Made by a program: the position numbers and the translations under genes | The notes under the pieces: model-generated | What the model saw: the letters and a program-made list of their open reading frames with translations, nothing else | What the model was told of the DNA's origin: nothing | The model's database searches: none | Source of the DNA: Vermamoeba vermiformis | Taxonomy: Eukaryota | Direction: 5' to 3' | Length of the DNA: 64,000 nucleotides | Assembly: GCA_045837725.1 (NCBI GenBank) | Contig: JBEWZL010000101.1 | Location: 434,001-498,000 of the forward strand | Part shown: positions 36,956 to 50,645 of the stretch, piece after piece | Position numbering within the stretch: position 1 is the stretch's first letter | Layout: each line of letters starts with the position of its first letter

Positions 36956-37712
36956 ATGCGAGCTTTGATTTGCTTGATTGTTGCAGCGACTTTGATCTTC
37001 AACGTCTTGGCACAAATGCCTTGCAACGTGAACGGATGTACCTACGAAGCGGCTACAGTAGGCTCTGCTAGTCCTACGATCACTTTTGATTCAACGGACT
37101 ACGCTTACAGTCCAAAGTGCCTCCGAGTTGCATCTGGAACTACTGTCACTTTTTCGGGATCGTTTAACGGGCATCCTCTCTATAGCGGCGCCTACAGTAA
37201 GAGCATACTTATAATATTAAAATATTAATTTGGAAATTAATAACTAAAATAATTTTGGATGCAGATGAGACAACTAGCACTGTCGAGGCGTTTGACGGAA
37301 CAATTAGGACTACGAACTCTGGAGACAAAGCGTCGTTCGAAATGACGGTTAGTGGAGCTAATCCATATTACTGCAATTATCACAAAGGTTCTGGCATGGT
37401 TGGCGTGATCTACGTCGGAGATTCGTGCGCATCTGCAAGTCCAAGCGCACCTAGTGCTGCTCCTGCGACAGTAGAAAATCCTACCGCGCCTATGAGCAAC
37501 CCTTCAGCACCTGTTTCCAATCCTGTTGCTGCTCCTGCTACACCGAATCCAGCACCTAAAACTCCTGTTACGTCTTCGGGTACGCAGAAAAGATACAAGC
37601 TTAAATTTTAATCATATATTTAGCTGAATATACATATAATACTAATACTTCATGAATATAGGTAGCCATACAAATTGGTGCCCTTTCGTTGTTGACAGTT
37701 TTGGCGCTTTAA
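36956..37712 (+). CDS. Secreted/GPI-anchored plastocyanin-like cupredoxin, copy 1
   Basis: Signal peptide; GHPL and YYCNYHKGSGMVGVIYV (type-1 Cu ligands); Pro/Ser/Thr stalk; hydrophobic C-terminal exon. Confidence 0.85.
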
Positions 37713-38256
37713 GGTTGGTTTAGACTGGATCCGGCTCTAATAAACGGTAATTCGCAAATAGTATGCTTAAAGATCTTAATTAGGAAAGTATAATATAATA
37801 TCTTTTTTTGCTGCTGTCCGATTCTTTTGCTTCGATTTGACAGCACGTCAAAAGCCTACAAAAAAGAAACAGTGGCGTTTTTATTCTGTTAATTGGTTCT
37901 AAGTCATCAAAAGACCACTATAGTACCTTAAGGTAAGATATGGTTATTATAATACTACGAGATGACCAAAAATTAATGACTTTATTTCAATTGATTTTTT
38001 TTTGTCTAAAACTCTTTTTCTAACTCTTTTATTATTAGATTACGTCGATGATTATAATGATTAAGGAGTCTTTAACGAAGTGAGCTCGATCTGACCAGCA
38101 AAATATCGGACCTGCCAAAGTGTCAACAAGAGTATCAAAATTATCTGGCGCGGTTGCAGTGATTTCCATTTTCTGCCAACAAAACACCACGCAAGATAAG
38201 GTAAGTAAGGATATCAATACAGCCCTTGACTAATATCTATTTAAATTGAATCGCAG

Positions 38257-38997
38257 ATGCGAGCTTTGTTTTGCCTTGTTGCTTTTACTTTCGTGTTGAG
38301 CGCCTTTGCTCAAAGTGCTCCTTGTGATGTTCACGACTGCACATATGCCAGTGCTATTGAAGGAAACACTACGATTATCTTTAGCAGTTACTTCTACGCT
38401 CCTGCCTGCATCCGCGTTGCGCTCGGAACCAACGTTACTTTCTCTGGTGACTTTTCAGGACACCCTCTTGTTAGTGGTTACTATGGTAATTAATATTATT
38501 CTATTATTACGCTATTTTTAATGATTAATTATATTTTTTTTCGATCAGTGAGCCCGACCGCTACTCCCTTCAACGGAAGTATCGAGAATACTAGCTCCGG
38601 TACCACTGCCACGTTCACTATGAATGTTAGTGGAGCCAATCCTTATTATTGCCAGTACCACAAGGACCGCAAAATGTATGGCGTGATCTACGTAGGAGAT
38701 TCGTGCGCGTCTGCCACTCCCACCGCTGCCCCGACTTCAGATGCCCCTACCGCAAATACTCCTATCACCACTGCCCCTACAACACCTTCCGGCTCTCCTG
38801 TTACTCCTACTTCGAGAACGCCTTCTAAAACAAGTGCAGGTAAGATCGATCGGAAAAAATCTTTTTTGTGACACCATTTTTTAAATCGCTAATGTCAGCG
38901 ATATAATTAAATAGATAATCTAATGCTTTTTTACTTGATAATAGGCTTTGCTGTCCAAGTTGGCGTCTTTTCCTTGTTAGGCGTTTTGGCAATTTGA
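38257..38997 (+). CDS. GPI-anchored cupredoxin, copy 2
   Basis: GHPL; YYCQYHKDRKMYGVIYV; PT-rich stalk; hydrophobic tail. Confidence 0.85.
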
Positions 38998-39280
38998 AGT
39001 ATTACACGGTAATTTCGCCGTCATTTACGATGGAAATAGCACAATAAATCAATTACCCATTGGTATTTATATAAATTTGGGTGATTATGGTGAAGTAAAG
39101 ATAAGAAATTAAAATCAGCCATTTTTAGCTCGTGACAGGCGTCACGGCAAAAACGATTAAAACTGCAGTAAAAAACTTTTAGTTTTATCTTCTTAATCCA
39201 GCCAAACACCACGCGAGTAAAGGTAATCTGCCCGTATAAAGATCATCAATTTCAATGAATTAATACCTTTTATGATTCAG

Positions 39281-39973
39281 ATGCGAGCTTTGTTTAGCCT
39301 GATTGCTTTGTCTTTGATTTTGAGCGCCTTTGCGCAAACTGTTCCGTGCGACGTCAACAAATGCACGTTCGACTCAGCCACTGAAACGACTACTATTACC
39401 TTCGGCGGTACTTCTTACTCTCCTTCCTGTGTTCGTGTTGCTTCGGGAACTGTTGTCACTTTCTCGGGCCCCTTCGGAACCCATCCTTTGAGAAGCGGAA
39501 TTTACGGTAAGCGAGAGGCATTTTAAGATTCTAGTACTGACATCTATTCAGATGCGGGTACTGGAAATGAAACACCCTTTGCCGGCACAATTGTTGATAC
39601 CAGCTCGGGCGACACAGCTTCATTTAATATGACAATCGATGGCGCGAACCCTTTTTTCTGCAATGTACATAAATCCTTAGGAATGGTCGGCGTGATCTAC
39701 GTAGGCACTTCTTGCGCTACTCCTGTGGCTCCCACTACTCCTACCGCCGCCACTCCTACTACTCCGACCGCTGCCACTCCTACTGCTCCGACTGCTCCCT
39801 CGACCTACCCTGTTGCCGCTCCTGTTAAGAAGAGTTCTGGTAAGATCTGGAAGCTTTTTGACATTGAATCCTAATTTAGAGTCACTTTTTTGAATTTATC
39901 TAATATCGCTTTGCTTGTAGCCGTCGCCGTTCAAGTTGGTGCCCTTTCTTTGTTGGCTGTTTTTGCTTTGTAA
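39281..39973 (+). CDS. GPI-anchored cupredoxin, copy 3
   Basis: THPL; FFCNVHKSLGMVGVIYV; TPTAA repeats; hydrophobic tail. Confidence 0.85.
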
Positions 39974-40655
39974 AAGCGCGGAATTGATCCGATCCGATTT
40001 TTCGAATATAAACGGTAATTATACTGATACGACCCCTTCGATAGTGAAACATTAATTCCTACTTATTTTGTTCGACATGCCTGTTCTAAATATTTTGCGA
40101 CACTTTTTATTAACCTTCTAGAACTTGTTGACTTTTTTGCCTTAAAAAGGAAACAACAATTTAAAATGTGATATGTTTAAGCTCGTAGCGCACGTAATAA
40201 CAAAGACGAACAATCGCCTCGATCGTAATCTGTTCACGTTTTCAAGCTTTATCTTTTGATACGTTCCAATCTAATAATAGTATTAAGCTTGTCAGGCAAG
40301 CTCGATTTGCCTGATCACCATCGATTTGATCCATGGCACTTATCCTACGCCCAAACTAAGCACCAAATTCGGCTCGAAATTACTTCCGGAAATAACTTGC
40401 GTCGGTTTTTTTTTCAGATCAAAATTTACGTGCTTAAACGTCGCAATCGCGTACCATTAGCATCGACAATATTGATCATACATAGGCGATCAGGTAATTA
40501 AACCATGTTAAGTGGAACTTAACCGACCACAAAAATTTTTTGATCTGGTCGGTACAATTGTTTTTTGTTTTTTTGAACGAACAACACAAAGGTAGGCATT
40601 AATTAATCGACTTCCGTTTATATGCTGCCGTGCAGCTAATACTATTAACTATCAG

Positions 40656-41520
40656 ATGAGAGCCTTGATTTGCTTGGTTGCCTTCGCTTTGATCTGCGGT
40701 GCTTTTGCCCAAACTAACACTACTTTCTGCTTCACCAACGGTTGCACTTACGCTTCCGCTGTCGACGCTACTACGATCTCCGCTGCTAACTTGAAGTACA
40801 CTCCTCCTTGCATCAAGGTTGCTAAAGATGCGGTTGTTACTTTCGATACCGACTTCAGCTTCCATCCTTTAGTCCCTGGCTATGTCGGTAAGCAAAATAA
40901 TCTAGTCATTTTTCGATATTTTTAGTATTTTGCAACGATAATTTTCTCCCTAAACCAATCTGATCAAATCTGTTCGTAGTTGACGGAACTCCTATGGATC
41001 TCACCGAAAGCACCGACATCACCTCCACCGATTCCGGCACTACTGCTAGCTTCACTATGGCTAGCAACTGGGCCGCCAATCCCTTCTACTGCAGCAACCA
41101 CTATGGTTCAGGCATGTACGGCGTCGTGTACGTAGGCACTGCTTGCGAGGCTGTTGCTGCTCCTCAAGGCTCTACTCCTACCGCTTCTCCTCAAGCTGCT
41201 GCTCCTCAAGCCTCTGCTCCCGTTTCGGCTCCCTCCGCTGCCCCAGTGAGAGCTCCCGCCAGAAGTTCTGGTACGTACTTACAAATCCACAAACAAAATT
41301 GTTGTTCAATAATTCTATTTATGAATACTTTATTAATATAATACCATTTACGTATAATTTTGTAATTATGGCCATAATATAACCTTTGTAAAGCGAGGCG
41401 CTCCGCTCTTACTCGTGTGGCCGATATTACGCATGACCTCATTGATTAATATTTCATACCTTAGCTGCCACCGTCTCCGTTGGTGCTGCTGCCTTGATCG
41501 CTGGTTTGGCCATGTTCTAA
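40656..41520 (+). CDS. GPI-anchored cupredoxin, copy 4
   Basis: FHPL; FYCSNHYGSGMYGVVYV; AP-rich stalk; hydrophobic tail. Confidence 0.85.
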
Positions 41521-42093
41521 GAGTCAAGGATCTTGCAAATCCGGTAATTTCGAAAGCTGATTCTTAATTTTTTCGGACGAATAAATTAGAATAATTCGAA
41601 ATTACTGACGTGTTGCTTGCAAATTCAATTTATATAATTGAGCTTTTAACGTAAGTAGTTTTCGGTTACGGTGATTCAAACGGATCGGGACCGATACACA
41701 GCAAACTCTGTCAAGATCCGTAATCTTTATTTTAAGTTATTATTAGTTATTATATGACAACATTTCTAATTAAGATCAAATCAAGAATGCAATTCCATCG
41801 CAAATTTAGTGTCAAAGAAAACGAACCGGTTCCAGCTGTTGGATCTGAAATTATCCTAGCAGCCACAGTTTGATATAATTAATATGATGTGCTTCATATG
41901 GTATCGTTTATAATAGTTGTGGTAGAATTAACTTGAAAAGATTCGACAGAATAGAAAATAACGAAAGATTTTGTTGTGAGTTAGTTTCGAAACCTTGAAA
42001 CCAAATACCACACGAGAGAAGGTAGTAAAGTGTCATAATAGTAATATGATAGTGCCAATTACTAATTATTACGTATCTTAACTCCTCCAGAAA

Positions 42094-42965
42094 ATGAAAT
42101 CTTTGTTTGCTTTAGTTGTCTGTCTTGGTCTGATCGGATCCTCTGCTTTTGCCGCTATTTGCGATTATAATGGGTGCACTTATGCCACTGCCGATACTGG
42201 CATCACTGAAATCACCTTTAACAGCTCTGGTTATTTTCCTTCTTGCATCCGGGTGGATGCAGGCAGCACCGTTACTTTTACTGGACCTTTTGACACTTAT
42301 CCTATTACTAGCGGCTATTTAAGTATGTATTAAATTATTATGAATCAGAATTATAGAATTAATTTGAATTTCCCTTTCAGATGGCGCTACTGAAGTTGCA
42401 GCAACCAATGATATCTCTAACGTGACTACTGGTGCTACTGCAAACTTTACTATGACTACCGATGGTGTCTCCGCTTTCTTTAGCCCCGGCAGTAATGGCG
42501 CATTAAAGGGTGCTATTTATGTCGGAACAAGCTGCGATCCAGCTCCACCCGTAAGTGCACCACCTGTCACTGCCCCTGTTAGTGCCCCTGTTGCTGCTCC
42601 TACTACTCCTGTAGCCGCTCCTACCACGCCTGTTGCTGCCCCTACTGCTGCTCCTGTTGCTGCGCCAGTCAGTGCTCCTACTGCAGCCCCGACCAGCAGT
42701 CCCGTTGCAGCTCCTGTCGCCGCACCCGTAGACAATACTCCGACCAGCGCACCTCTCACTGACACTCCTGTCGATTCCCCTGTTGCTTCGCCTCACAGTA
42801 CCCCCGTCACCTCCGCTCCGCGCCCTCAGCGTGTCAGAGTTTCTAGCGGTAAATTTCTCGATCTAGATCTACAAAACTCTTTTTTGCTAATTTTCTTGCA
42901 ATTTAGCCGCTCAAGCATTCGGTGGTCTTGCTGTCCTCGCCGCAGTTGGTGTTGCCATGTTGTAA
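42094..42965 (+). CDS. GPI-anchored cupredoxin-fold protein lacking Cu ligands, copy 5
   Basis: Same exon structure, but TYPI and FFSPGSNGALKGAIYV replace the His/Cys/His/Met ligands; long AP/TP stalk. Confidence 0.8.
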
Positions 42966-43068
42966 ACTATTCTTTACCTTTTTTGTGATTTTTGAAACCG
43001 AAAGTATAAAACCGATATTTAACAAAATTACCTTGAAATTACACATCATTTTATGATAATGACTAATA

Positions 43069-46034
43069 TTACATGTACATTTCAGACTGTAATTGAACAG
43101 ATTTTTCACTTCGCAAGCCCGTGTAGTTCATGTTCGGATTCAAAATGCAGTTCTTGTAGTTGTCGAACGATGCGCCAGGGAAGTTAATCGACTCCGACGA
43201 CTTCAAATGCGTGCCGACAAATTCACCGACCGTCACAGGTGTCCTAATAACAAAATTAACATTTACAGGATTTCAACTATCGGTCTTAATGTCACGTACG
43301 AGTACTCTTCAGAAAGAATAGCGGAGACGTAAGGACTGCCGAGATTAGCTGTATCAATCACCGCATTATTTCTTGCACGCAACTTGAACACAATTGAATG
43401 ACGATCAGTTGTGCCAACGACACGATGATTGTTCGCGGGATAATAGCCACCTAAAGCACGTGGTCAGTGTTGCCCTGAGTGAATCATCATAGTATTTATT
43501 ACTACGTACCAGTAATGCGGTCTAGTGTTTCACAAACGATCATAACAACGTCTGTAGGTTGAGCCACTTGTTCGACATCAAGCTGTCAAAAGTGTCAAAA
43601 ATGTCACCGTCAGCTTACAATACTTACCCATAGATTCGAGTCATAATCAACAACTTGTAGACCTGCAACGACAGAGCGAGGAATGAACGAAATTAAGCCC
43701 ATGTCCTAATTTGGCAATTGTTAGTAAGCCGTTCAATGAACCAGATCCGGCCACTTACTTTATGCGTGTAACAGGTCTCGGTAAGGTCGTTATGTTGGAA
43801 GTAATGATATAGTCCCATGATGCTGTGGCTGAATTCATTAGGCGGCAAAACTAGCGGATCCATCATATTTAAAAACTTCTCAGGTTGCATTCCAATGCCA
43901 GTGGCCATGTAGCTCATAATCTCTCGTGATAGTTCTTCTTGGAAATTCCAAATATCAGTTATTATCTCTTGGAATTTAGGCAGTCCTGGTGGCCACGGGA
44001 ATTTTTCTTCTTCGGCAACTCGTCGCATCTGATCAAACCATTAATTCGAAATTATTTGGTGGATCCGACTTACTTGAAAGAATTCTTTGACATTATGTAT
44101 GTTATTGTAGCCGACATCTCGTCCAGGATAAATATGAATCGAGTTCTTAATGCTTTCTTCTAACGCGCAAAATTCGTTGAATATTTCTCTTGCCGCGATG
44201 AACTTTTGAAACAGTTCTTGAGGCAACGTTATCACCGCATAACTTCTTCGATGAACTTCATCGCATAATTTCTTGATTTCCTATATAAACAATCTTTAGA
44301 ACGAGATCGCCTTAAATTTTCCTAAAAAGGAAATGCCGTACCTTTTCTTTAGTCTCTTCACTACGGAGCTTTTTCAAGTCAATACGACTGATTAAAGATG
44401 GTATTAAGGCGCTTTCAGGCTCGCTGTCGATCACTAACAGATCCGAGTCCAAGTACGTTACTGTTGTTGGAACTTCTCGATCCATCTTGCAGATCCAAGT
44501 CTACAAGAGACTGATTAATTTTTGAAACATCGAGCATGAGCTTGATTAATATGCTTTCTTACTCTTGAGGCACTATAGCCTGCATAATACGTCGGATCTA
44601 CTGGCGAATATTTAATGTCGAAACAGTTCGGCATAAATTGCTAAGAATATCATCGTTAGGGACCTAAATTAAAAAAATATCAATTCTTTACCTGCGACAG
44701 TATTTTTCCGCTCTCCCATCGAATAGCGATGTTATTTTTGTCCACAGAAATGAATTGATTCTCATTGGTTCCCCAACTGAATGAATTAACGCCCTTCAAA
44801 TGCCCACTCAAGCTCTATTTCCATATTTAGCAATAGAATTATAACCTGAAATTTCAATTAAAGTACCTCGTAAGCGCCACTGAGTTTTCTCGTGTCGAAA
44901 AATTCAATTACGGGCGATTCAGTGTAGCATACAGCAAAGCAATTCTCCTAATATAGTAATTAATATTAGTACTTCTTCGATCTATATTTAATATAATTCA
45001 TAATAGACGTACTTTGAACGGATTCCATCTCATTTGCGAGATAAACTTTGAGTCAAAGGACAAGACGTTCGAGATCGATTCGTCGTTTCCAAATAAGGAA
45101 ATCGTCTTGCCGGCTGCGATAAGAGTGCCTTGATTAGACCAAGACAAGGAATAATTCCGTTCTCGTGAAATGTAAGTGCTGTAAACATCGGGCAAGACAA
45201 AACTGCTCCATTGGTCCGCGCCTCTTTTCCACTTCATGAGCTATATAATATACGGTTAGTATCGTAGTAATAATGGCAATTTTAATCATGAAAAATTAAA
45301 AGTATGAAACTAATTGCAGCTTCGTACTGGGTCGATCCGGATTCGTTCAAGAAAACAATTCGCCTGACGCGCTGCTACGATACGCACCTTTTGCTTATTT
45401 AAGGCATAAATCAGATCATCATCACCAAATTCAAAATCAAGTAACGGCTCTTCTTCGAGTCTTATCGAGATCAGATCATCAGACGTAGCTTCAACGTTGT
45501 TGATAGCGTGATTAGGATTGACCAATGCTATGTATCCATTAGAGCAGCTGAATCCAAAAAGACCATGCGGATGAACTTCGGGATCGTTGGTCTTGCGCCA
45601 CTTTAAGGCAAGTGGCGGTGCAGGGCATCCAGTTGTCGCTGAAAATAATGTAGGATAAGTATTTAGGTTAATTTAAGTTCGTTAACTCTAATTCTGGAGT
45701 TGGCGAAATTAAATCATGAAAAAAGTACTTTTAAAATAAATTAATTTTAATACTCAATCACGTTATTTCAAGTAATTATATGTAGTATTAATCGCATAAA
45801 TAATTGCAATTTTAAATTAGGCCTTCGAAGTTGAATAAAATTACCTATGACATCAGATCTGACAGGAAAACCAGTATCAGCGCTTGTTGGAAAATTGAAT
45901 AGCTTTATGTTATATTTCTGCGTTCTATTTGCATTGAAATCAATCGACAGCAAGTGCAGATCAAGCGGGGACCATTCACAGAACGAGCCCGCTAGTTGGT
46001 ACACAGGCTTGATGAATGGCTTATCGTGACCCAT
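43069..46034 (-). CDS. Sec31-like WD40 propeller fused to an IPNS-like 2OG-Fe(II) dioxygenase
   Basis: WD40: CEWSP, LKW..HPHGL, MRWNPFK, GHLKGVNSFSW, CFDIKYSPVDP; reads in frame into ISRIDL, KEFFQ, CYTHKDMGL (HxD), NNHRV, RHSIVF (RxS). Confidence 0.75.
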
Positions 46035-46220
46035 ATTATATGCAGGATCTGTTGCGTATTGTATTGTAATAGAATTAGGACTGTGAGCAGAGAATTTTGT
46101 AGGTTAGCCTTTTGTGAACGAAAATCGAGAATCGCAATGGCAGTCTGAAATCGAAGAACATCTGATAGCAGGCGACCGGCTTTCCTATTCACCAATTCCG
46201 TATCAAGTGCAACCGTACAT

Positions 46221-47513
46221 TTATTTGATCCACTCTTTTTTGGTGAGTACGCTGAGGCTCGGATGTGCCTCTTCAAATTCATCAATGGCATCCTTGATTA
46301 TCATTTGGCAATGTCCTATACGTAGTTCTTTAAGCATTGGCAATTGTCCGACGAAGTGCAAGGTCTCATCAGTTAGTCGATCACATCCGCTTAAGTTCAG
46401 GAACTGAAGCCGTGTGCAGTTCGCGCATAGCACCGATACGAATTCGTTCGTGATGGAAACACACTTCGACAAGCTAAGCCACTGTAGGGACGTTGCATGG
46501 GCCACAAATGTTTTGAAATCTTCGAGGCGGTTGATCCTGTAACATCCGCTTAAATCCAGCTTGGTGAGTAGTGAGCATCCCATAAATAGCTTCCCTAGCG
46601 TCTAAATAGTGTGTTAGTCGTGATTTTTATCAAACTTTAGCAATTTGAAGCATTGAAGCGATGAACAAGCTAATCAGAATCCGTTACAAAAACAAATCTG
46701 ACAGCTCAGTTTTTCGCTGATTGAGCTTCAAATAGACTGCTTACCTTGCCAGTAATACCTCTGCTACACTCTTCCACTAATAGAGTCCTTAGATTCGTGC
46801 AATAATGCGCCAACTCTACGAGCACGTTGTCGGCTCTGTCCGACGCCAAAGATGAGCCCAGATCAAGCTCTTGCAGGCGCGTGCACGAGCTGATTATATT
46901 CGAAATATCTCTGTCGCTGATACTTCCTACTGAGTTCAGCTGTAACGAGGTCAAGTGACTGAATCTCGTAAGTGGTGCGAAGAAGCGAACGGATACACGC
47001 TGCAAGAGAATGATTAGCTTCAGCAATGATATGGGAACTACGAATAGATGCACAGTGTACGTGTGATTAGGTTTTGAGGGTACTTACGTTTAAATTGAGG
47101 CTCTCAAGCGTAGCACAGGAAGCAGATTCAGCCAAGGCGCGCAATCCATGATTGACTACTGGAACGTTGAGCGAGTACTTAGGCACCGAAAAATCAACCC
47201 TTCGTAGTCTCGTACAACTCTTCGACGTTGCTATAGCCATGAGAATATTATCACTAGGGGTGTATCCAGCACGAAGCGAGATGTTTTCAATCCGGCCGAA
47301 TCTGCTTAGTGCCCAAAGAGCATTTGGGTACGAATCGATCGCCAATGACCTACATTTTCCATAGAAAGTATTGATAATGTACTTCCAATGCTTGTTGATC
47401 TCAAATAACAAACGCAGCGTATCTGTCGGTAGATACTCGCAGATGTACAGCTTCAGTTCACTTGGCAATGCGTCGATATTATATTGAGAGCTGTTTTTAT
47501 TCGACTCATCCAT
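46221..47513 (-). CDS. F-box/LRR (FBXL, cysteine-containing LRR) protein
   Basis: IDALPSELKLYICEYL F-box; CTRLQFLNLSGCDRLTD-type repeats. Confidence 0.9.
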
Positions 47514-47776
47514 GTTGCAAATTATTTCCACGAAGCAGAACTTTGATCTTGAATCTTTGTTGAATTTGGTGTCAAATGCGCTTCTGAAACTACTCTGGCA
47601 TTAATTCGCGGTTTTCTAAATATAATGCACGAGTGTTAATATTATTTTGGTATTTTTGGTCTGTTGTCTTCATGCTCGAGCGAGAAATAAAATATCACCC
47701 CGCAACGGTCAGTGATAGTTTGTTGTTTTTGAGGCAAAGCAGAGCCACTTGTAAATCTTATTCAGTATATATAATC

Positions 47777-50645
47777 ATGCTCACTAGGTTGACTGCTTTG
47801 TGTTCTAAGAAGGTCGTGCGTATGGCGACTTCTACGGTAAGCAAACAACCCCATTCGGATGCGACCGACAAAATTCTTATACAACTTCCCTCACGCGTAA
47901 TTTGTTCATATAAAAATAATACATAGAGTATTATAAGCAATAATGGTGTTGTGAAGTATTTAGAAGCATGCCTAGCGCATTCACTAATTTATTGAAACAA
48001 TAAATATCGTATTTTTCTTTTGTGGACAGCGGACGAGTCTGCACAATAATAATACGATATAAGAAATTATAAGCGCATTATTGCATTATTTTTAAAGCCC
48101 TCATCAATAATCACGCAAAATAATTTTATAGCCAGATCTTTCTAACTTGTGTCGTATTTAGGCCAAATCCTCGTGCTCTATGAGTACATTGGCACGTATG
48201 CGACGAGAACATAACAGAAAGCTCTATGTAAGTCAATTTTCAACCAAATTACTCCACCTGCAGACACCCCGATCACGCAACTTGACCAAAATTTATTTCA
48301 GTAGTACCTCCGACATTTTATCAATATTCATAGTATTCAAAATCATTTTATTACATAAGAACAGCAATTTTAATTTTGGTTAATGAATCTGTCCGGATCG
48401 ATGTTACACGTGACTTACTCTCGTTTCGTACGTTACAGAAAGTCGAGGAATCTGACCCCGAATGGATCAACCCTGACTACCAACGTCTTGGCAATGATCC
48501 CATCTTGAACTGGGAATTGAACAAATACAACGTGACTCCTGTCAACGACGCTTACAGAAACGTTTACTTGAAATTTTTGTTGATGCACACTAAGGGAAAA
48601 CTCGGTAAGTAATATAATTTAAAACACATATATGTGGTATAATATATAGTGTTTATTTGGGAGCTAGATTGAATAGCAGCGTTGCTGCAAATATTTTTTG
48701 TTGAGGTGCATCCGCTACTCGACGATACTTTCTTAAGGCCTGATACTAACATTTTGTTATGAAAGATAAAACCAAGACTCTGCACGTCTCTGGCAAACAA
48801 ACTAAGCACACTATTCAATTGGTTGAGACTGACAAAGTTGCCGTGCCTCAAGGCAACAAGACCACTCCCAACAATTTCAAGAAGTTTGGTCGCTTGGTAA
48901 GATCAGTATTTTAATTTGTTTGTGGTAAAAATAGGCTGCGTGCACGGTTATATACAATATTTGACGATTTTCAGTTAAATTGGATCCGTATTTCAAGAGC
49001 GTTGAAATTAAGTTCAGATCAACCAATAGTTTATTACTTTCAAACCCGACTATTTTGATTATGATACTAATGCTTGCCTAATAGCTTTCCGATCACTTGA
49101 CCTTCGAGTCGAGCGCTTTGTTCGTTCACGACGGTGCTGTTGGCTCTCACACCAGCACTGACGCTCGTGTTCGTGTCATCACCGACGATGCTAACATCGC
49201 TTTGTATATGAGGTATGTACGGTACATATATACATACACGATGCTATTTGTTAGATTCGGAGATGATGTTACTCAGATCTTCTTATCGTTTTTCGTATTT
49301 TTTTTTGATGCATCAAATGACTTGGCAGCTAATGAATCACATTTATATTTACAGAAACATTATCCACCCTGTTCCTCTTCGATTACCCTCGGACTTCAAC
49401 CCTGAAATTGTCGTTTACGTCTCACCTTCGTTCCCTCAAAAAGAATTGGCTGACGCTGGATTCACCACCGAGAGCGGCATTGCTGTTGATTTGGAACGCG
49501 GTGTTGTCTTGGTTGCTGGCCCTACTTCATTCGAGACTATCCGAAATGCAGTTGCCACTGCCGCTACTTACAAGCTTGCCAAGTAAGTATCGTGCACATC
49601 TCGCATCTGAATCCGAAACAAGAAGTACTAAATATTGCTTATTAGGAAGCACAACGCTTTGGCTTTGAACGCTCATACTTTGGTTGGTGCCAATGGCAAT
49701 GCAGCTCTTGTTTTCGACCCGAGCAATGTGTTGCTCCAATCCAAGCCCGACGCTAAGGTTGCTGGTGCCAACGGATCTGTTTGGGGCCAGAATGGCTTGT
49801 ACCAACTCTTCCAAGGTGCTACTCACCGCGATGCTAGCTCTGCCAAGGTCGCTGGGTAAGTTTAAACTTAATTTATGCGCATTTTCATTGCTCGCGTACT
49901 GGATGCAGCCTAAACCATGAAAAACATTCTTAAAGTTGCCACGAGCTATTACAAAGGACTATTTAATAACAAATTCGGTTTATAGTACCATCGTCGAAAC
50001 TGTTGGCAAGACATCCAACGTTACGGTTGCCCACCGAGCTCCTGCTAACGCCTTCAGCCATCCTAAGTCTATCGTCATCGTGGCTAAGTAAGCTATCGTT
50101 CTTATATAATATATCTTACTTATTGGTGCCTCAGGGATGCCTCTGGTGCTTTGCCCGTGTTGAGCCGAGTGGATGCTGCCACCGGATTGCACCACCTCAG
50201 TGTCGGCTACAACGCTGAAACTGACTCATACAGCCCATTCTTCTTCCAACACCCCACAGTCGACACTGGTCTGTCTGCTGCTATTGGAGAGCTCGTTAAG
50301 GTAAGCCAGAAAAAGCCCGCTCGATCTGCGTGTTCGGCTCACGAATTTTCTTTTAGGCTGTCAACCCTACTTTCTACGTTGTAAATGCTGGTGCTAAGGA
50401 CGTCACCGCTGATGCTTTGAACCAATTGTTGAACGCCGTTTTGGACGGATCAGCCGACAAAGCCGCTTCATCTGAAAACAAAACTTTGAAGGCATCCGTT
50501 ATTACTTCTTTGCCTAATGTTAAAATTAATCTTTCTAGCAAGTAAGTACATCTAAAATATATCGAAAATGGTCGCTAGCACGTACTAATGCGCTTGTAGG
50601 GACGATAAGGGCGCTAAAGATCTCGCCAAGAAGCTCCAACTTTAA
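47777..50645 (+). CDS. PEPCK(ATP)-fold protein lacking the catalytic P-loop, probably mitochondrial
   Basis: MLTRLTALCSKK presequence-like start; LNWELNK, LFVHDGAVGSH..ARVRVITDDA..ALYMRNI; ALVFDPSN where PEPCK has LFFGLSGTGKT. Confidence 0.75.
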
